This document shows positions 7,717-17,867 of a stretch of 64,000 bases of DNA, in pieces. The notes beneath the pieces were generated by a model. That model did no database searches and was not told the DNA's origin. It saw nothing but the letters and a program-made list of their open reading frames with translations. The stretch lies in IMG/VR virus record IMGVR_UViG_3300015265_000001, positions 62,001 through 126,000 of that record. One strand, 5' to 3'. Each line of letters opens with the position of its first letter. The stretch's first letter is position 1. A program made the position numbers and the translations under genes.

Positions 7717-9801
7717 ATGACCGCTGCGGCCCAACATCTGTCTCCCTTCTTAGAAGAAGACTATAAACCGAACCGCGACTTGCTCAAGAACTACCACTAC
7801 ATGGCTGCCGCTTATCTGACGGCCATTTACAAGTGGGATTACAACACAGTACTGGAGCTGGTTGAAAAGGTATTCATTCCAAACCAGAATGGCTACAAGG
7901 AAGCCAAATTTAAAGTATTCAAGAAGAACAAGTACGGCGACCGTGTCCCAGACATCATGCCGGCTCGTGAGTTCTTCAAGACGGTTGAGGACAATAATTG
8001 GCACCTGTCCCCGTCGTTCGTGGCATACACGCACACCAACCAGGAACAGTCGATTAACTCGATTGGTACTGAAACCTTTATTGAATTCCGTCGCCTCTAC
8101 AAAGGCAAGATGAAGGAAGCGATTTCGATTGGCGATAAAGAAGCCACTCAAGCCTTCGACGAAATTCAGAAAGCACTGAAGATCTTTAACAACGCCCAAT
8201 CGGGTGCGTTCTCGTCGTCGGGTACTCCGCTGACGAACAAGTCGGGTCACACCACCCTGACCTCGATCTGCCGTAGCCTGACTTCTACCGCTAACCTCTT
8301 GAACGAGCGGTTGATTACAGGTAACCGGCTACTTCTCAGTTTCAACAGCTCCATGGAACTGTTTATCAGTACCCTGGCGTTTGCTAAGCGTGACAAGATT
8401 CAAGCGGTTATCGACAAGTACCAGATGAACTATGCGACACTTGACCAAGTCATGGACATGGTTAAACGTTGCTCGGCGTATTACTGGAACAACGCTACCG
8501 GCATCGCGGCTATCCGTACGTTCATGGAGAACCTGTCGCCGCTGGAGCTGACGATCATCCTGTGCACGATGGACTTGCGCGGTCTGTACACCACGAACAA
8601 AGAGCTGGTTAGACGGTTCTTCGACGAATGGTGCCAGGTCCCAGAGTTTCCTGCGTCGTTTGAAAACGTTACCACCATCAAGGCGGCTAACGATGACTAC
8701 AAGACACTCTGCACCACGAAGCTGGGTAAAGGCGCCAGTGCTGAACAATCGGCGTATCTCAACGCTTACCACGTCAGCCTGGAAGTTAAGTGGCGTGACT
8801 TCATTGAGGCGTTCCTCAAGGCAGACATTCCGCCGACCGGTATCTTCAACGTCAAAGAGTTGGTACGTGAAAACGTAGTGACTTCTGACACCGACTCCAT
8901 GATCTATTCGATCGATGCTGTTATCGACGACTTCATCACGGATCAGAAAGACGCCCTGGCGTTTAACGGTGTATTGACGTACTTCATTCGTTGTGTGGCA
9001 GTTGACCAGCACGCACGGTTGAGTACCAACATGAACGTGGCGCGGAAGTTCCGCTACCGTCTGAACATGAAGAACGAGTACCTCTTCAGTTCGTACGTGA
9101 CCACGTCTATGTCCAAGCACTATTACGCGTTGCAGTTGATGCTTGAAGGCATTATGTACGATGATCCTAAGTTGGAGCTTAAAGGCGTCCACCTCAGGGG
9201 CATCAAGATCGCACAGAAGGTTCGGGACTTTACGAACAAGCTCATGCGAGACGTACTCAATGCCATCTACAACAAACAGCAACTGGATGCACCGGCTCTG
9301 TTGAAAGGGGTTGGGGATCTGGAGCGTGCGCTCTTTGAAGAGCTGGAGAAAGGTGGTTGGAGCTGGTTGGTTAAGAACGGTATCAAAGAAGAGGCAGCCT
9401 ACAGCAATGCTGATTCGTCGATCTACTTCTACCACGAGATGTGGAAGCAAGTGTTTGCCGAGACCTACGGCGACGCCCCTGAACTGCCGTACCGCGCGTA
9501 CAAGGTAAACGTTACCACCGACAACAAGTCGAAGATGAAGCGTTACATGGAAACCCACGGGGACAATGATGTAGCCAAGCGCATGAATGCGTATATTGAA
9601 ACCAGGGGCGGGATGTCGGCGATCTACGTTCCAGCAGACATGATTGAATCCATTGGGGGTATCCCGAAAGAGATCCTACCGATTGTAGATACACGTTTGT
9701 TGATTGCTCAGAACTTCAAGTCCATTTACGCGATTCTTGAATCGTTGGGCTTGTACATCATGAACGCAAAAGTAACCCGTCTCGTATCTGACGAGCATTG
9801 A
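7717..9801 (+). CDS. Split family-B DNA polymerase, polymerase-domain subunit (phiKZ gp50-like)
   Basis: Region III-like KALKIFNNAQSGA and region I SDTDS; no exonuclease motifs; 694 aa. Confidence 0.85.
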   Translation: MTAAAQHLSPFLEEDYKPNRDLLKNYHYMAAAYLTAIYKWDYNTVLELVEKVFIPNQNGYKEAKFKVFKKNKYGDRVPDIMPAREFFKTVEDNNWHLSPSFVAYTHTNQEQSINSIGTETFIEFRRLYKGKMKEAISIGDKEATQAFDEIQKALKIFNNAQSGAFSSSGTPLTNKSGHTTLTSICRSLTSTANLLNERLITGNRLLLSFNSSMELFISTLAFAKRDKIQAVIDKYQMNYATLDQVMDMVKRCSAYYWNNATGIAAIRTFMENLSPLELTIILCTMDLRGLYTTNKELVRRFFDEWCQVPEFPASFENVTTIKAANDDYKTLCTTKLGKGASAEQSAYLNAYHVSLEVKWRDFIEAFLKADIPPTGIFNVKELVRENVVTSDTDSMIYSIDAVIDDFITDQKDALAFNGVLTYFIRCVAVDQHARLSTNMNVARKFRYRLNMKNEYLFSSYVTTSMSKHYYALQLMLEGIMYDDPKLELKGVHLRGIKIAQKVRDFTNKLMRDVLNAIYNKQQLDAPALLKGVGDLERALFEELEKGGWSWLVKNGIKEEAAYSNADSSIYFYHEMWKQVFAETYGDAPELPYRAYKVNVTTDNKSKMKRYMETHGDNDVAKRMNAYIETRGGMSAIYVPADMIESIGGIPKEILPIVDTRLLIAQNFKSIYAILESLGLYIMNAKVTRLVSDEH

Positions 9802-9808
9802 GGTGAGC

Positions 9809-10183
9809 ATGAGAACAAAACTAACTAAAGCGGATAACTTCCTGTTCTTCCGTGACAGTAAGAATGGGTTGGTGTTTGCAGGTGAGGGTGCTTTTCTGTA
9901 TGAGGATAACTTCGGCATCATGTTGCAGCCGACTGTTGTCCCAGCCCTAAGTGAAGAACTGGATGCTGAGAAAGGCGTCTTCGTTACCTTTAACTACTGT
10001 GACCATGATCACAACTTCTACATCGCTCAGCCGGAAGAAATTCCAAAGCTGTTAAAGGCACTGCATCCTGGCCGCGAGTCTTCGATCGTAGTGGCCCCGG
10101 AATACTACGATTACTTGATGGCCATTAAACGTCAAGCGCATGAGGATTCCTGGACACGCAGTCCTGACCGCATGGGGAGTTAG
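9809..10183 (+). CDS. Hypothetical protein
   Basis: ATG at 9809 with a GAGGTG RBS. Confidence 0.6.
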   Translation: MRTKLTKADNFLFFRDSKNGLVFAGEGAFLYEDNFGIMLQPTVVPALSEELDAEKGVFVTFNYCDHDHNFYIAQPEEIPKLLKALHPGRESSIVVAPEYYDYLMAIKRQAHEDSWTRSPDRMGS

Positions 10184-10188
10184 TCATC

Positions 10189-10563
10189 GTGGGTACCATT
10201 CATTCACTGGCCGATGCCAGAAGGAAAAGACGTCTTCCTGACCATGAAATCAAGGCGCTGGAAGAGACGGGAGCAATCGTCAATCAATACTTCCAGCAAT
10301 ACTTGGCGAGTGCTAAGGAGCTGGCTGAGTTAAGAGCGGCTCTTGACGCACGCAAGGAATTGGTCAAGAGTTGGAAAGGCTGGTTTATTGGTTGGTTCAA
10401 AGGCCCTACCACCAACATGTTGCAGCATGCAGTGGATACCGCCAAGTATCGAACCAACTGGCGACACTCCGAATTCAAAAGAGCCAAGGAAGTATTTGAT
10501 CGGGAGAAGGAAAGGCTCGAAAAACGCATGAACGATATGCAGATCTACCGAACCGATAAATAA
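10189..10563 (+). CDS. Hypothetical helical/coiled-coil protein
   Basis: 124-aa ORF, charged and helical, ending at a convergent terminator. Confidence 0.6.
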   Translation: MGTIHSLADARRKRRLPDHEIKALEETGAIVNQYFQQYLASAKELAELRAALDARKELVKSWKGWFIGWFKGPTTNMLQHAVDTAKYRTNWRHSEFKRAKEVFDREKERLEKRMNDMQIYRTDK

Positions 10564-10577
10564 CGTTAAGTCGACCT

Positions 10578-10611
10578 ACCTCTACTAGCCCCGCAAAGGG
10601 CTAGTAGAGGT
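10578..10611. terminator. Bidirectional terminator, CGCAAA-loop family
   Basis: Perfect 14-bp stem between convergent genes. Confidence 0.8.
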
Positions 10612-10702
10612 TTAGTCTTTTTGCTAATTTTTTGAATTATTGAATGAAATATGGGAGCACTTCGTCGGTTGGACCGTTAAGTCTCCTCCCGTACAATGGT
10701 TT

Positions 10703-11806
10703 TTAACGATAATTGATGTCATTCAGGGTTTTTACTTCTTCGAGCAAATCGCTCAAATGTTTTCTGAAGAACACCTCAGGAACGTTCTTTTGGCGATGCG
10801 CAATCTGCCGATAGAGACGATCGAAATCAACGTTAATGTCCGAGCACTTGTATTTCATCCGGTTACCGATCGACAGGTAGATCGCGCACACTTTCAGCAT
10901 GGCAGGTTCAAATGCCCAACCGGTCTGAGCAAACAACGCTTGGTCTTGTGGATCAACGTAGTTCGTATAAGGAACCCGATACACGTTGTCGATCTGCTTC
11001 AGCATCATCCACAGGTCCTGTAGACGCCTGGCGGTCAGTGCATCAATAAGGAAGAGCAGGAAACCCTTAAACAACTTCCCTTCATTGAGGGTCGTGAACT
11101 TAACGGTTTCGATCTTGATCAGATCGTTCAGCTCTTTCTCCTTTACAAAGAACTCGTAAAGGATGTTGATGACCGACAACTGGTTCTGATACAGCGTGGC
11201 GTGGAACAACGGGTACTGACAGACATACGACGCAATGCCACTGTTGGCTTCACGATTCTCCCGCATGAACAACCACCAGCCTACAGCCAGCGCTACCATG
11301 TCCAAGCCAATGATCGCCACATCGGTGATATCATTGCTGACATTCATGCTTTTCTCGACAGTATGTTTGTACCCGCGCTCCAATACTGTTGAGTAGAGAG
11401 GTATGACCGCTTTCAGATTTTCCAGCTTTAGCGTTTTCTCGTCGTACTGTGTAAACGGATCCAGAAGCACCCAGTGCTCTCTGACGTTACGGCGGTAGAA
11501 GCCATCGGCTTCAGCAAACCCGATTCGATTGATCGAAGTGATCTTGAAAATCGTACACAGTGAATTAGCACGGAAACGTGTATTATCTACAACCTCCTGC
11601 AAGCTCCACGTTGGATCAATCGTCAGGTGACGAAGAATCCCTACCAGCTTGTGTTGGTCTTCGATGTGAAAGGGTGTACGGTCTACATAGGCCCGATAGT
11701 CCTGGCGGTTGAATTCAGTAACACGATGCAGATTCCCCAGGTCAGTGAAATTGCTGCGGGGGTACTTCCGGCTGATATCCTCAGCGGGATAGGCAAAGAT
11801 AGTCAT
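10703..11806 (-). CDS. Conserved core protein (phiKZ gp52-like)
   Basis: Long ORF divergent from chmA. Start placed at MTIFAYP (11806). Assignment rests on synteny. Confidence 0.65.
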   Translation of the reverse strand: MTIFAYPAEDISRKYPRSNFTDLGNLHRVTEFNRQDYRAYVDRTPFHIEDQHKLVGILRHLTIDPTWSLQEVVDNTRFRANSLCTIFKITSINRIGFAEADGFYRRNVREHWVLLDPFTQYDEKTLKLENLKAVIPLYSTVLERGYKHTVEKSMNVSNDITDVAIIGLDMVALAVGWWLFMRENREANSGIASYVCQYPLFHATLYQNQLSVINILYEFFVKEKELNDLIKIETVKFTTLNEGKLFKGFLLFLIDALTARRLQDLWMMLKQIDNVYRVPYTNYVDPQDQALFAQTGWAFEPAMLKVCAIYLSIGNRMKYKCSDINVDFDRLYRQIAHRQKNVPEVFFRKHLSDLLEEVKTLNDINYR

Positions 11807-12000
11807 AATGGCTGTCCGAAACAAATGAGGGGATTTGGAAAATAAAGTGTTACTGCAATTCTCTATTATATGTGAACAAGTCACATCAGAGGAAAGTTCC
11901 TCTACTGGGGACCATTGCGCAATCCGAGAATTTGTGATATGGCATTGAAAGCGATTACTCTATATCATCCCTGCTGAAAGGCGGGGGCGATTTCTGTTGG

Positions 12001-12027
12001 GGTAAGAAATTTTCAAGACTATATTAC
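12001..12027 (+). promoter_or_regulatory. Early promoter of chmA (TATATTAC)
   Basis: An exact phiKZ early consensus TATATTAC lies at 12020-12027, 84 nt before the ATG. Confidence 0.75.
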
Positions 12028-12111
12028 TCATGTAGTTGGTAGTACAGATGTTTGACATTTGTTAATACAACTTCGCTATAGCAAACTATCTTCGTAATAA
12101 GGAAAACACTC

Positions 12112-14130
12112 ATGAGTCTGAATACCGGTTCCGAAAGCACTTCCTGGAACGAGAACAAGCCTACCGAAAACGCCAACCAGGCTCCAGGTGCTACCGGCAC
12201 CATGGCTCCGCTGGATGGTCTGGCCGGCCTGCTGCGTCTTCCTTCGATGACCTCCGACAACCGCAACCTGAAGGAAGTGGCCGAGACCATCGAGAAACTC
12301 GAAGGCATTTACGAGAATGCCAAGAAATCCACCACCAACGAGCTGCAACGCAAAATCGTTCCGACCGTTGAAATGCTGACCCCGTCCATCTCGGCTCAAC
12401 TGCCGGGCGTCGGTCTGTACGTTGTCTTCGACGGCACCATGTACGTAATGGCCGCGCTGTTCTACAACCGCACGCTGAGCATCGGCGTCGAGCGCATCAC
12501 CGTCAACGCCAACAACATCATGCAGCAAATGTCGGCGCCGCTGACCCCGGCTCAGTACCCGAACAACGTGTTCCTGGAAAAGCTGACCTCCCACTACACC
12601 AAAGTGGCCGAAGCTCAGGGCGTGAAGAACGTCAGCGTCATCAACATGATCGTCGTCGACCTGGAAATGCTGCACCACCCAGAAGCCGGCGATCCGAAAG
12701 ACTGGGCTCACCGTCAGGCGAACTACATCGCCTCCGAGTGGGAAGAAGCGATCATGGTCAAGACCGTTCGCGAAATCGTGGCCAAGGGTTACAACATCCC
12801 GGCTCCGTTCGCTACTCCTGACCAGCCATACGGCAAAGACGGCTGCGCCGAAGCCCGCGTTAACGCAATCAGCTTCCGCGCCAGCAAGGCCGGCACCCTG
12901 ACTCCTGACAACATGGAAGTGATCGTTTCGACGATCAACAACAACAACCAGAGCTCCGGCAACTTCCAGGCGAACTCGAAAGAGATCATCCGGGTTACCG
13001 CTGCGGTCAGCCTGAACGGCGTGTCGTGGGAAGATCACCAGCGCTTCATGATGTCGCACCGCTCGCAAGAGCAAATGAACGCGCTGCAACAGTTCCTCGG
13101 CAACTCCATGGGCATGGGTGTCTACCCGTCGGGCTTCAAGCCACTGCGTCCTGTGATCACCGTCGGCACCGTTCAGGCCGGCGAGCAACTCTGCAACAAC
13201 GGCGGTCTGTTCCCGTTCTTCACCGGTCTGTACTCGCTGATGGCGACCAACAACCAGTACGTCTGGTCCGAAGCTCTGCGCCGTCACAGCGTTGGTGCTC
13301 GCGGTAACCTGGCCGACCTGGAAACTCGTGTCGATCAAATGGTCGGTCAGATCCCTGGTGGCTTCCAGAGCCCAGCGCGTATCCGTCTCGACGAGAAGAA
13401 AATGTCGGACACCGAGCTGGTCAACAACTGGATCCGTCAGAACGTTTCGCCGCACGCAACCTTCCAGATCAACCTGATCCCGGCCGGTCCAAATGCGTCG
13501 ATCAACAACTTCTTCTTCCAGCTGGCCAAACAAGGTCAGAACGCGGCGGAAATCAAAGTTGTTATCGCTCTGATCGATGCCATGACCAAAGGCGGCATGT
13601 CCGAAGCCATCCGCGACAACATCAAAGCTGGCACTGGCTGGGTACCGTCCAAACCGGTACTGATCCCAACCGGCATGATCGCTGTCAACGGCCTGGCCGA
13701 GTACGCCGGCAAGAAGTTCAACACCCAGGAACTGGACGAGATGATGATCTCGCACATCAAGGGCCCGAAAGGTCAACTCGCAGCCGAAAGCCTGCTGTCG
13801 ACCATGTACGGCACCGTCCCGGGCGAAGAGTTCAAGCAACGTGCTCAGAAGCTGCGCGTGGAAACCGGTTCGTCGCTGTTCGACGGTCAGGTTCACATCA
13901 ACGGCTGGGCTCAGCCTCACATCTGGGCGCCTGACTTCATGGCCACCATGTCGAAAGCCATGGACTCCATCGGTCAGCTGAACGTTGCCAACAACCTGGG
14001 CAGCTGGCGCAACACCAGCCTGGCTTCGACGCCTGGCATCGGTCTGGCGACTCTGGTTGGTGCTGGTTCGAACAACGCCACCGGCAACGGTCTGGGCGTG
14101 GCGTACAGCATGAACATGCCGTTCATGTAA
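12112..14130 (+). CDS. chmA: Chimallin, major phage nuclear shell protein (phiKZ gp54 / 201phi2-1 gp105-like)
   Basis: 672 aa with a disordered N-tail and extreme high-expression codon bias. Canonical position between the gp52-like gene and the nvRNAP beta' gene. The sequence resembles recalled chimallins. Confidence 0.88.
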   Translation: MSLNTGSESTSWNENKPTENANQAPGATGTMAPLDGLAGLLRLPSMTSDNRNLKEVAETIEKLEGIYENAKKSTTNELQRKIVPTVEMLTPSISAQLPGVGLYVVFDGTMYVMAALFYNRTLSIGVERITVNANNIMQQMSAPLTPAQYPNNVFLEKLTSHYTKVAEAQGVKNVSVINMIVVDLEMLHHPEAGDPKDWAHRQANYIASEWEEAIMVKTVREIVAKGYNIPAPFATPDQPYGKDGCAEARVNAISFRASKAGTLTPDNMEVIVSTINNNNQSSGNFQANSKEIIRVTAAVSLNGVSWEDHQRFMMSHRSQEQMNALQQFLGNSMGMGVYPSGFKPLRPVITVGTVQAGEQLCNNGGLFPFFTGLYSLMATNNQYVWSEALRRHSVGARGNLADLETRVDQMVGQIPGGFQSPARIRLDEKKMSDTELVNNWIRQNVSPHATFQINLIPAGPNASINNFFFQLAKQGQNAAEIKVVIALIDAMTKGGMSEAIRDNIKAGTGWVPSKPVLIPTGMIAVNGLAEYAGKKFNTQELDEMMISHIKGPKGQLAAESLLSTMYGTVPGEEFKQRAQKLRVETGSSLFDGQVHINGWAQPHIWAPDFMATMSKAMDSIGQLNVANNLGSWRNTSLASTPGIGLATLVGAGSNNATGNGLGVAYSMNMPFM

Positions 14131-14151
14131 CAGCCTGCAATGGATCGGTGG

Positions 14152-14195
14152 GCAAGAGGGGTAACACCCTCTTGCTCGCTGGTCTCTTTTTTCTG
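14152..14195 (+). terminator. Terminator after chmA
   Basis: gcaagaggg-gtaaca-ccctcttgc followed by T tracts. Confidence 0.7.
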
Positions 14196-14218
14196 TTTTT
14201 CTGTTTTTGGAGTAGGCC

Positions 14219-15856
14219 ATGGGCAACATGTATCTACCGGAACTCACTCCGTCGAACAAGTTAGCTATTGAAAAGCTGACGCAGTATAGTGAAGAAAACC
14301 TGGACCCGATGCCGTTCTTTAACCGGTACGCAGCGGCCTTCGGTAAGTCACTGGAGGATGATCTTCGTTATTCGGAGCCGCTGTATTGGGACTTCGAAGA
14401 TTACGACTATCTGCACGACACCAGCCGGTTCAAACCAATCTACCTGAATGAGTTCGACTTCAACATCCAGGAAGATCGGGAAGCAATCGAGCGCTTAACG
14501 CGAATGGAGTTCAACGGTAACTCGTTTGACACCGTCGCCAGTTGTAATCCGTCGTGTGGTTACTATCGCGGCAACTATCGCCTGAAGCAGGGCAAAGCTT
14601 GTCCCAAGTGTGGCGAAGTTCCAGAACTCTTCCTCGATCGTGGTGAAGATACCCGGTTGTGGATGAAGCTGCCAGAAGGGGTAAACGGTTTCGTTAACTT
14701 AGGTTTCTTTTCGACCTTCTTTAACAAGATCGGGATTGGCAGTCCAAAGGTCTGTGTACCTCGATACTTTATCGATCCGATTTATCGGGGGCAGATCAAC
14801 AAGCAGAAGAACACCACGGTCAACCTGATTCGCAACATGCTGGACGAACTCCAGATCACGGAAGTTAGCATGAATAGCTTCCAGGAACGTTGCGATGACA
14901 TCATGCACTGGATGCTGGTGGGCAATGGTCGACGTCACTGCACCACTTCGCATGAAGGTGTGGCGCTGATGGACGTTTACCAGAAGTACAAGCACATCGC
15001 GTTCTCCAAGTACATGAAGGTGCCGAATCGTTATGCCACGGTTCTGGAGAAGCCGGGTAAAGACACCTACGCCTATCCTCACCAGCCAATCACGGCGCAG
15101 CTGTATATCGCGATCGCTGATACCAAGCGTTCCAACTCGGTGGTAAAGCTGAGCGCCGCTGATAAGCGACGTAACTGTGACATCGTCGGTAAGAACCTGG
15201 TTAAACTGGCAGACCAATACCGTAAGGTGAACAACCCAAAAGCGTTGTTTGGTAAGCCGGCAATCAACCGTAAGCATGTGGCCTCCGGTGCAGTACCGTT
15301 CACCGGTCGTTCCGTAGTGACGTCGGTAACGGGTATTCTGAACCCAGACGAGTGGATGGTTCCGTGGAAGATGTGTCTGGCCATTCTGGACTACCACATC
15401 ACGGGCTTCCTGTATCGTCGCGGTCATACGCCGTATCAGGCCGCACAACGGATCAGTCGAGCTGCGTATTGGATCGACCCGCTGATTGACGAATTCTTCC
15501 GCGACATGGAAGATAACAACAAAGCCATTATCCAAAGTGGACGTAACCCGTCGATTGAGTTCCTCAGTCTGCGCAGTGCGTTCCTGCGGGTTAACCGGGA
15601 CCTCCGAGACGAAAGTATCCGGGTACCGATTCTGGCCGTTAGTGAATCGAACACCGACTTTGACGGCGACAACCATTATATCGTCCTTATGGCCGATAAC
15701 GAGTCCAAAGCGAAAGCTTACGGCGCGTGGGGTCATCACCAAACGTTGGACCGCAACATTCCGTTTACAGTGGGTGACTACGCTGGTCAAGCGGCGACTA
15801 ACCTCATGAACCTTAATACGCTCATGGCGCAGACGCCGATTATCGACGCAGCCTAA
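14219..15856 (+). CDS. Non-virion RNA polymerase beta' N-terminal subunit (phiKZ gp55-like)
   Basis: Zn ribbon CNPSC...CPKC, GRSV motif, and the catalytic NTDFDGDN. Confidence 0.9.
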   Translation: MGNMYLPELTPSNKLAIEKLTQYSEENLDPMPFFNRYAAAFGKSLEDDLRYSEPLYWDFEDYDYLHDTSRFKPIYLNEFDFNIQEDREAIERLTRMEFNGNSFDTVASCNPSCGYYRGNYRLKQGKACPKCGEVPELFLDRGEDTRLWMKLPEGVNGFVNLGFFSTFFNKIGIGSPKVCVPRYFIDPIYRGQINKQKNTTVNLIRNMLDELQITEVSMNSFQERCDDIMHWMLVGNGRRHCTTSHEGVALMDVYQKYKHIAFSKYMKVPNRYATVLEKPGKDTYAYPHQPITAQLYIAIADTKRSNSVVKLSAADKRRNCDIVGKNLVKLADQYRKVNNPKALFGKPAINRKHVASGAVPFTGRSVVTSVTGILNPDEWMVPWKMCLAILDYHITGFLYRRGHTPYQAAQRISRAAYWIDPLIDEFFRDMEDNNKAIIQSGRNPSIEFLSLRSAFLRVNRDLRDESIRVPILAVSESNTDFDGDNHYIVLMADNESKAKAYGAWGHHQTLDRNIPFTVGDYAGQAATNLMNLNTLMAQTPIIDAA

Positions 15857-15878
15857 CCCAGGTTAAGAGGTAAACACG

Positions 15879-16520
15879 ATGAACAGTGCTGAGGCATTTA
15901 GTTACGCGGTCTCGGGTAGTTATACCGAGAATCAAATGCAGAAGTACGCCCAGTATGTGAATGACTCCACTCAGGCGTTTCAACAAGCGGGTGGATGGCT
16001 GGCACAACAGGCCACGAATGCACTGGAAGGGTTTAATAACTTCCTGACGTCTCGTGCATGGGAAATGGGTAAACGACTCCTGGGTAACTCGGACGGCGAT
16101 TACGTTGGTCGATTTGAAGTCGGTTATCTGGGTTCTGTCGCCGGTCTGCAAGGTGCACAAGGTTTCATGCGCGACTACATCATGGCGCATGCCGGTCTGC
16201 ATCAGGATTATCTGGATGAAAAGATCAGCGGTTACGATGGTAACTTCAGCCCACTGAACGTTGGTATCGCCGAGGAGAATATCTTCTGGCGTCGCGCAAT
16301 GAACGGTATGCTGCATATCGAAGCCAAAGATGACTTGTCTCGGTTGAAGCACTCTCACTACCTGGAAAGTTCAGGCGGTGGATTGTCCTTCCGTGAGCGA
16401 GTCGATGTTCAGAAAACCTGGGCGGCCATTGGTCTTCATCGGACGAAAGCTCTGTTCGATATCACCAGTGAAACCAACCAAGCGTTGAAGGGTGCTGAGA
16501 AGCCCTCAGACGCCGAATAA
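15879..16520 (+). CDS. Conserved core protein (phiKZ gp59/Imp3-like)
   Basis: MRDYIMAH and FWRRAMNG motifs resemble the recalled family; synteny directly after the beta' gene. Confidence 0.55.
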   Translation: MNSAEAFSYAVSGSYTENQMQKYAQYVNDSTQAFQQAGGWLAQQATNALEGFNNFLTSRAWEMGKRLLGNSDGDYVGRFEVGYLGSVAGLQGAQGFMRDYIMAHAGLHQDYLDEKISGYDGNFSPLNVGIAEENIFWRRAMNGMLHIEAKDDLSRLKHSHYLESSGGGLSFRERVDVQKTWAAIGLHRTKALFDITSETNQALKGAEKPSDAE

Positions 16521-16534
16521 GACCGTTCGGATAG

Positions 16535-16570
16535 GCAAGGGAGGGTAACACCTCTCTTGCTTTATTTTTT
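16535..16570 (+). terminator. Terminator
   Basis: gcaagggagg-gtaaca-cctctcttgc plus a T tract; near copy of 14152-14175. Confidence 0.75.
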
Positions 16571-16641
16571 TGGTAGACGCCATCTTACAGCGTTGTCTGT
16601 AAGTTTATTCTTATAGAGGGTCTTTCTATAAAGGAAACGGT

Positions 16642-17049
16642 ATGAGCAGCTATTGCGTAGGTACAATGTCCACTCGCTCAGGATGGGAGGTTAAATCCCC
16701 CCAGGAAGCGATGGCGCTGCATTTCATGTACTGGTTCACGTCCCGGCGTGACCAGGGTAAAGTGATCGGTCAAGTGCCCAGTTTTTATTTTCTCTGGGCA
16801 ACCCATGGTACGACGCCAGAAACCATGGTCGAACGGACGCAAAAAGAATTCGAAACCTACATGAAAGAACTGTTCCCACAAACCGAAGTGTTGGTGGAAA
16901 AACAGACTGTAGCAAACGAACTCAATAACTACCATCTATTGTTATCGGCACGCTCGGTAGTAGATGGTGTGGTTTATGATCTGTCTGAAGTAGTATTGGT
17001 AACAGGCAATCTCTATCAAGTATTGGATAAGGCGAGGCTAGGTAAATGA
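16642..17049 (+). CDS. Conserved core hypothetical protein
   Basis: 135-aa ORF with an AAGGAA RBS, coupled to the next gene. Confidence 0.65.
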   Translation: MSSYCVGTMSTRSGWEVKSPQEAMALHFMYWFTSRRDQGKVIGQVPSFYFLWATHGTTPETMVERTQKEFETYMKELFPQTEVLVEKQTVANELNNYHLLLSARSVVDGVVYDLSEVVLVTGNLYQVLDKARLGK

Positions 17050-17846
17050 GTCAGATGACAAAGCAGGATCGCGATGACATTCTCAAGGAAGACTTTGCTT
17101 TCCTTGAAAACGTTAAAGTACAGGAAATCAACGGCAAGTTGATGATGAGCGACGGCGAACTTCCGTTCAACGTTCAGACTGTGCTTTACGAGAAGGACTT
17201 CGTGCGTGATTGGATGATGGCGTTTGCCCTCGGTAACGATCATGGCAAGAACTACTTCGGTTCCAAAGTCAACGATTGGATGGCCATCAGCGGCAACGGC
17301 ACTCGCGCAGTAATGGTGGTGGATGACGACCACAAGGCGGTATTGATCATTGCGCCGATGATCAGCCACAACCTGAGCGAACGTGAATACCGCATGCTGG
17401 AACAAGCCAGCCGGATGATTCACAGCCACAGTGCCGACACCATGAAGAAGAACGACCCGAACGCAAACCTGGGTCTGGCCAAGGCACTGACCAAGGCACT
17501 CGACGGCAAGAAACGTGTGACGCTCACCGAGATGATCGCTCCCGAGTTCTACGCCAAGTGGGGCGTTATCCCCGAAGTCGAAAAGCAGGTTGTCTACATC
17601 AAAGACACCCTGAACAACAACAAGCGTCCGATCGAAGAGATCAACGCTATCCGCCCTATCCTCTATGCAAACTATCGCAAAGAGCCAGTTACTGCCGAAC
17701 AAGTCGCTCAGGTCAACCGCCTGATGACCGGCAATATGGAATTCCAGTTCAACGAGGAATCCATCAAGGGCGTTAAGCTGGGTACCAAGCAAGGTCCTGG
17801 TGGGGTAGAAGAAAAAGAAGCTCCAGTCGATCCATTGGAGTGCTAA
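17046..17846 (+). CDS. Conserved core hypothetical protein (gp62-like)
   Basis: 266-aa ORF with strong codon bias. Confidence 0.65.
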   Translation: MSQMTKQDRDDILKEDFAFLENVKVQEINGKLMMSDGELPFNVQTVLYEKDFVRDWMMAFALGNDHGKNYFGSKVNDWMAISGNGTRAVMVVDDDHKAVLIIAPMISHNLSEREYRMLEQASRMIHSHSADTMKKNDPNANLGLAKALTKALDGKKRVTLTEMIAPEFYAKWGVIPEVEKQVVYIKDTLNNNKRPIEEINAIRPILYANYRKEPVTAEQVAQVNRLMTGNMEFQFNEESIKGVKLGTKQGPGGVEEKEAPVDPLEC

Positions 17847-17867
17847 TTATCATTAGGGGATTTATCT

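Noticed and set aside
12076-14259. 727-aa antisense ORF over chmA, and similar long antisense ORFs at 3882-4901, 23759-25438, 37158-38885, 39480-40856, 45061-46587 and 56118-57659
   Set aside because: These are shadow ORFs. Strong NNC/NNG codon bias on the sense strand removes antisense stops. They have no RBS and their composition is non-protein-like.
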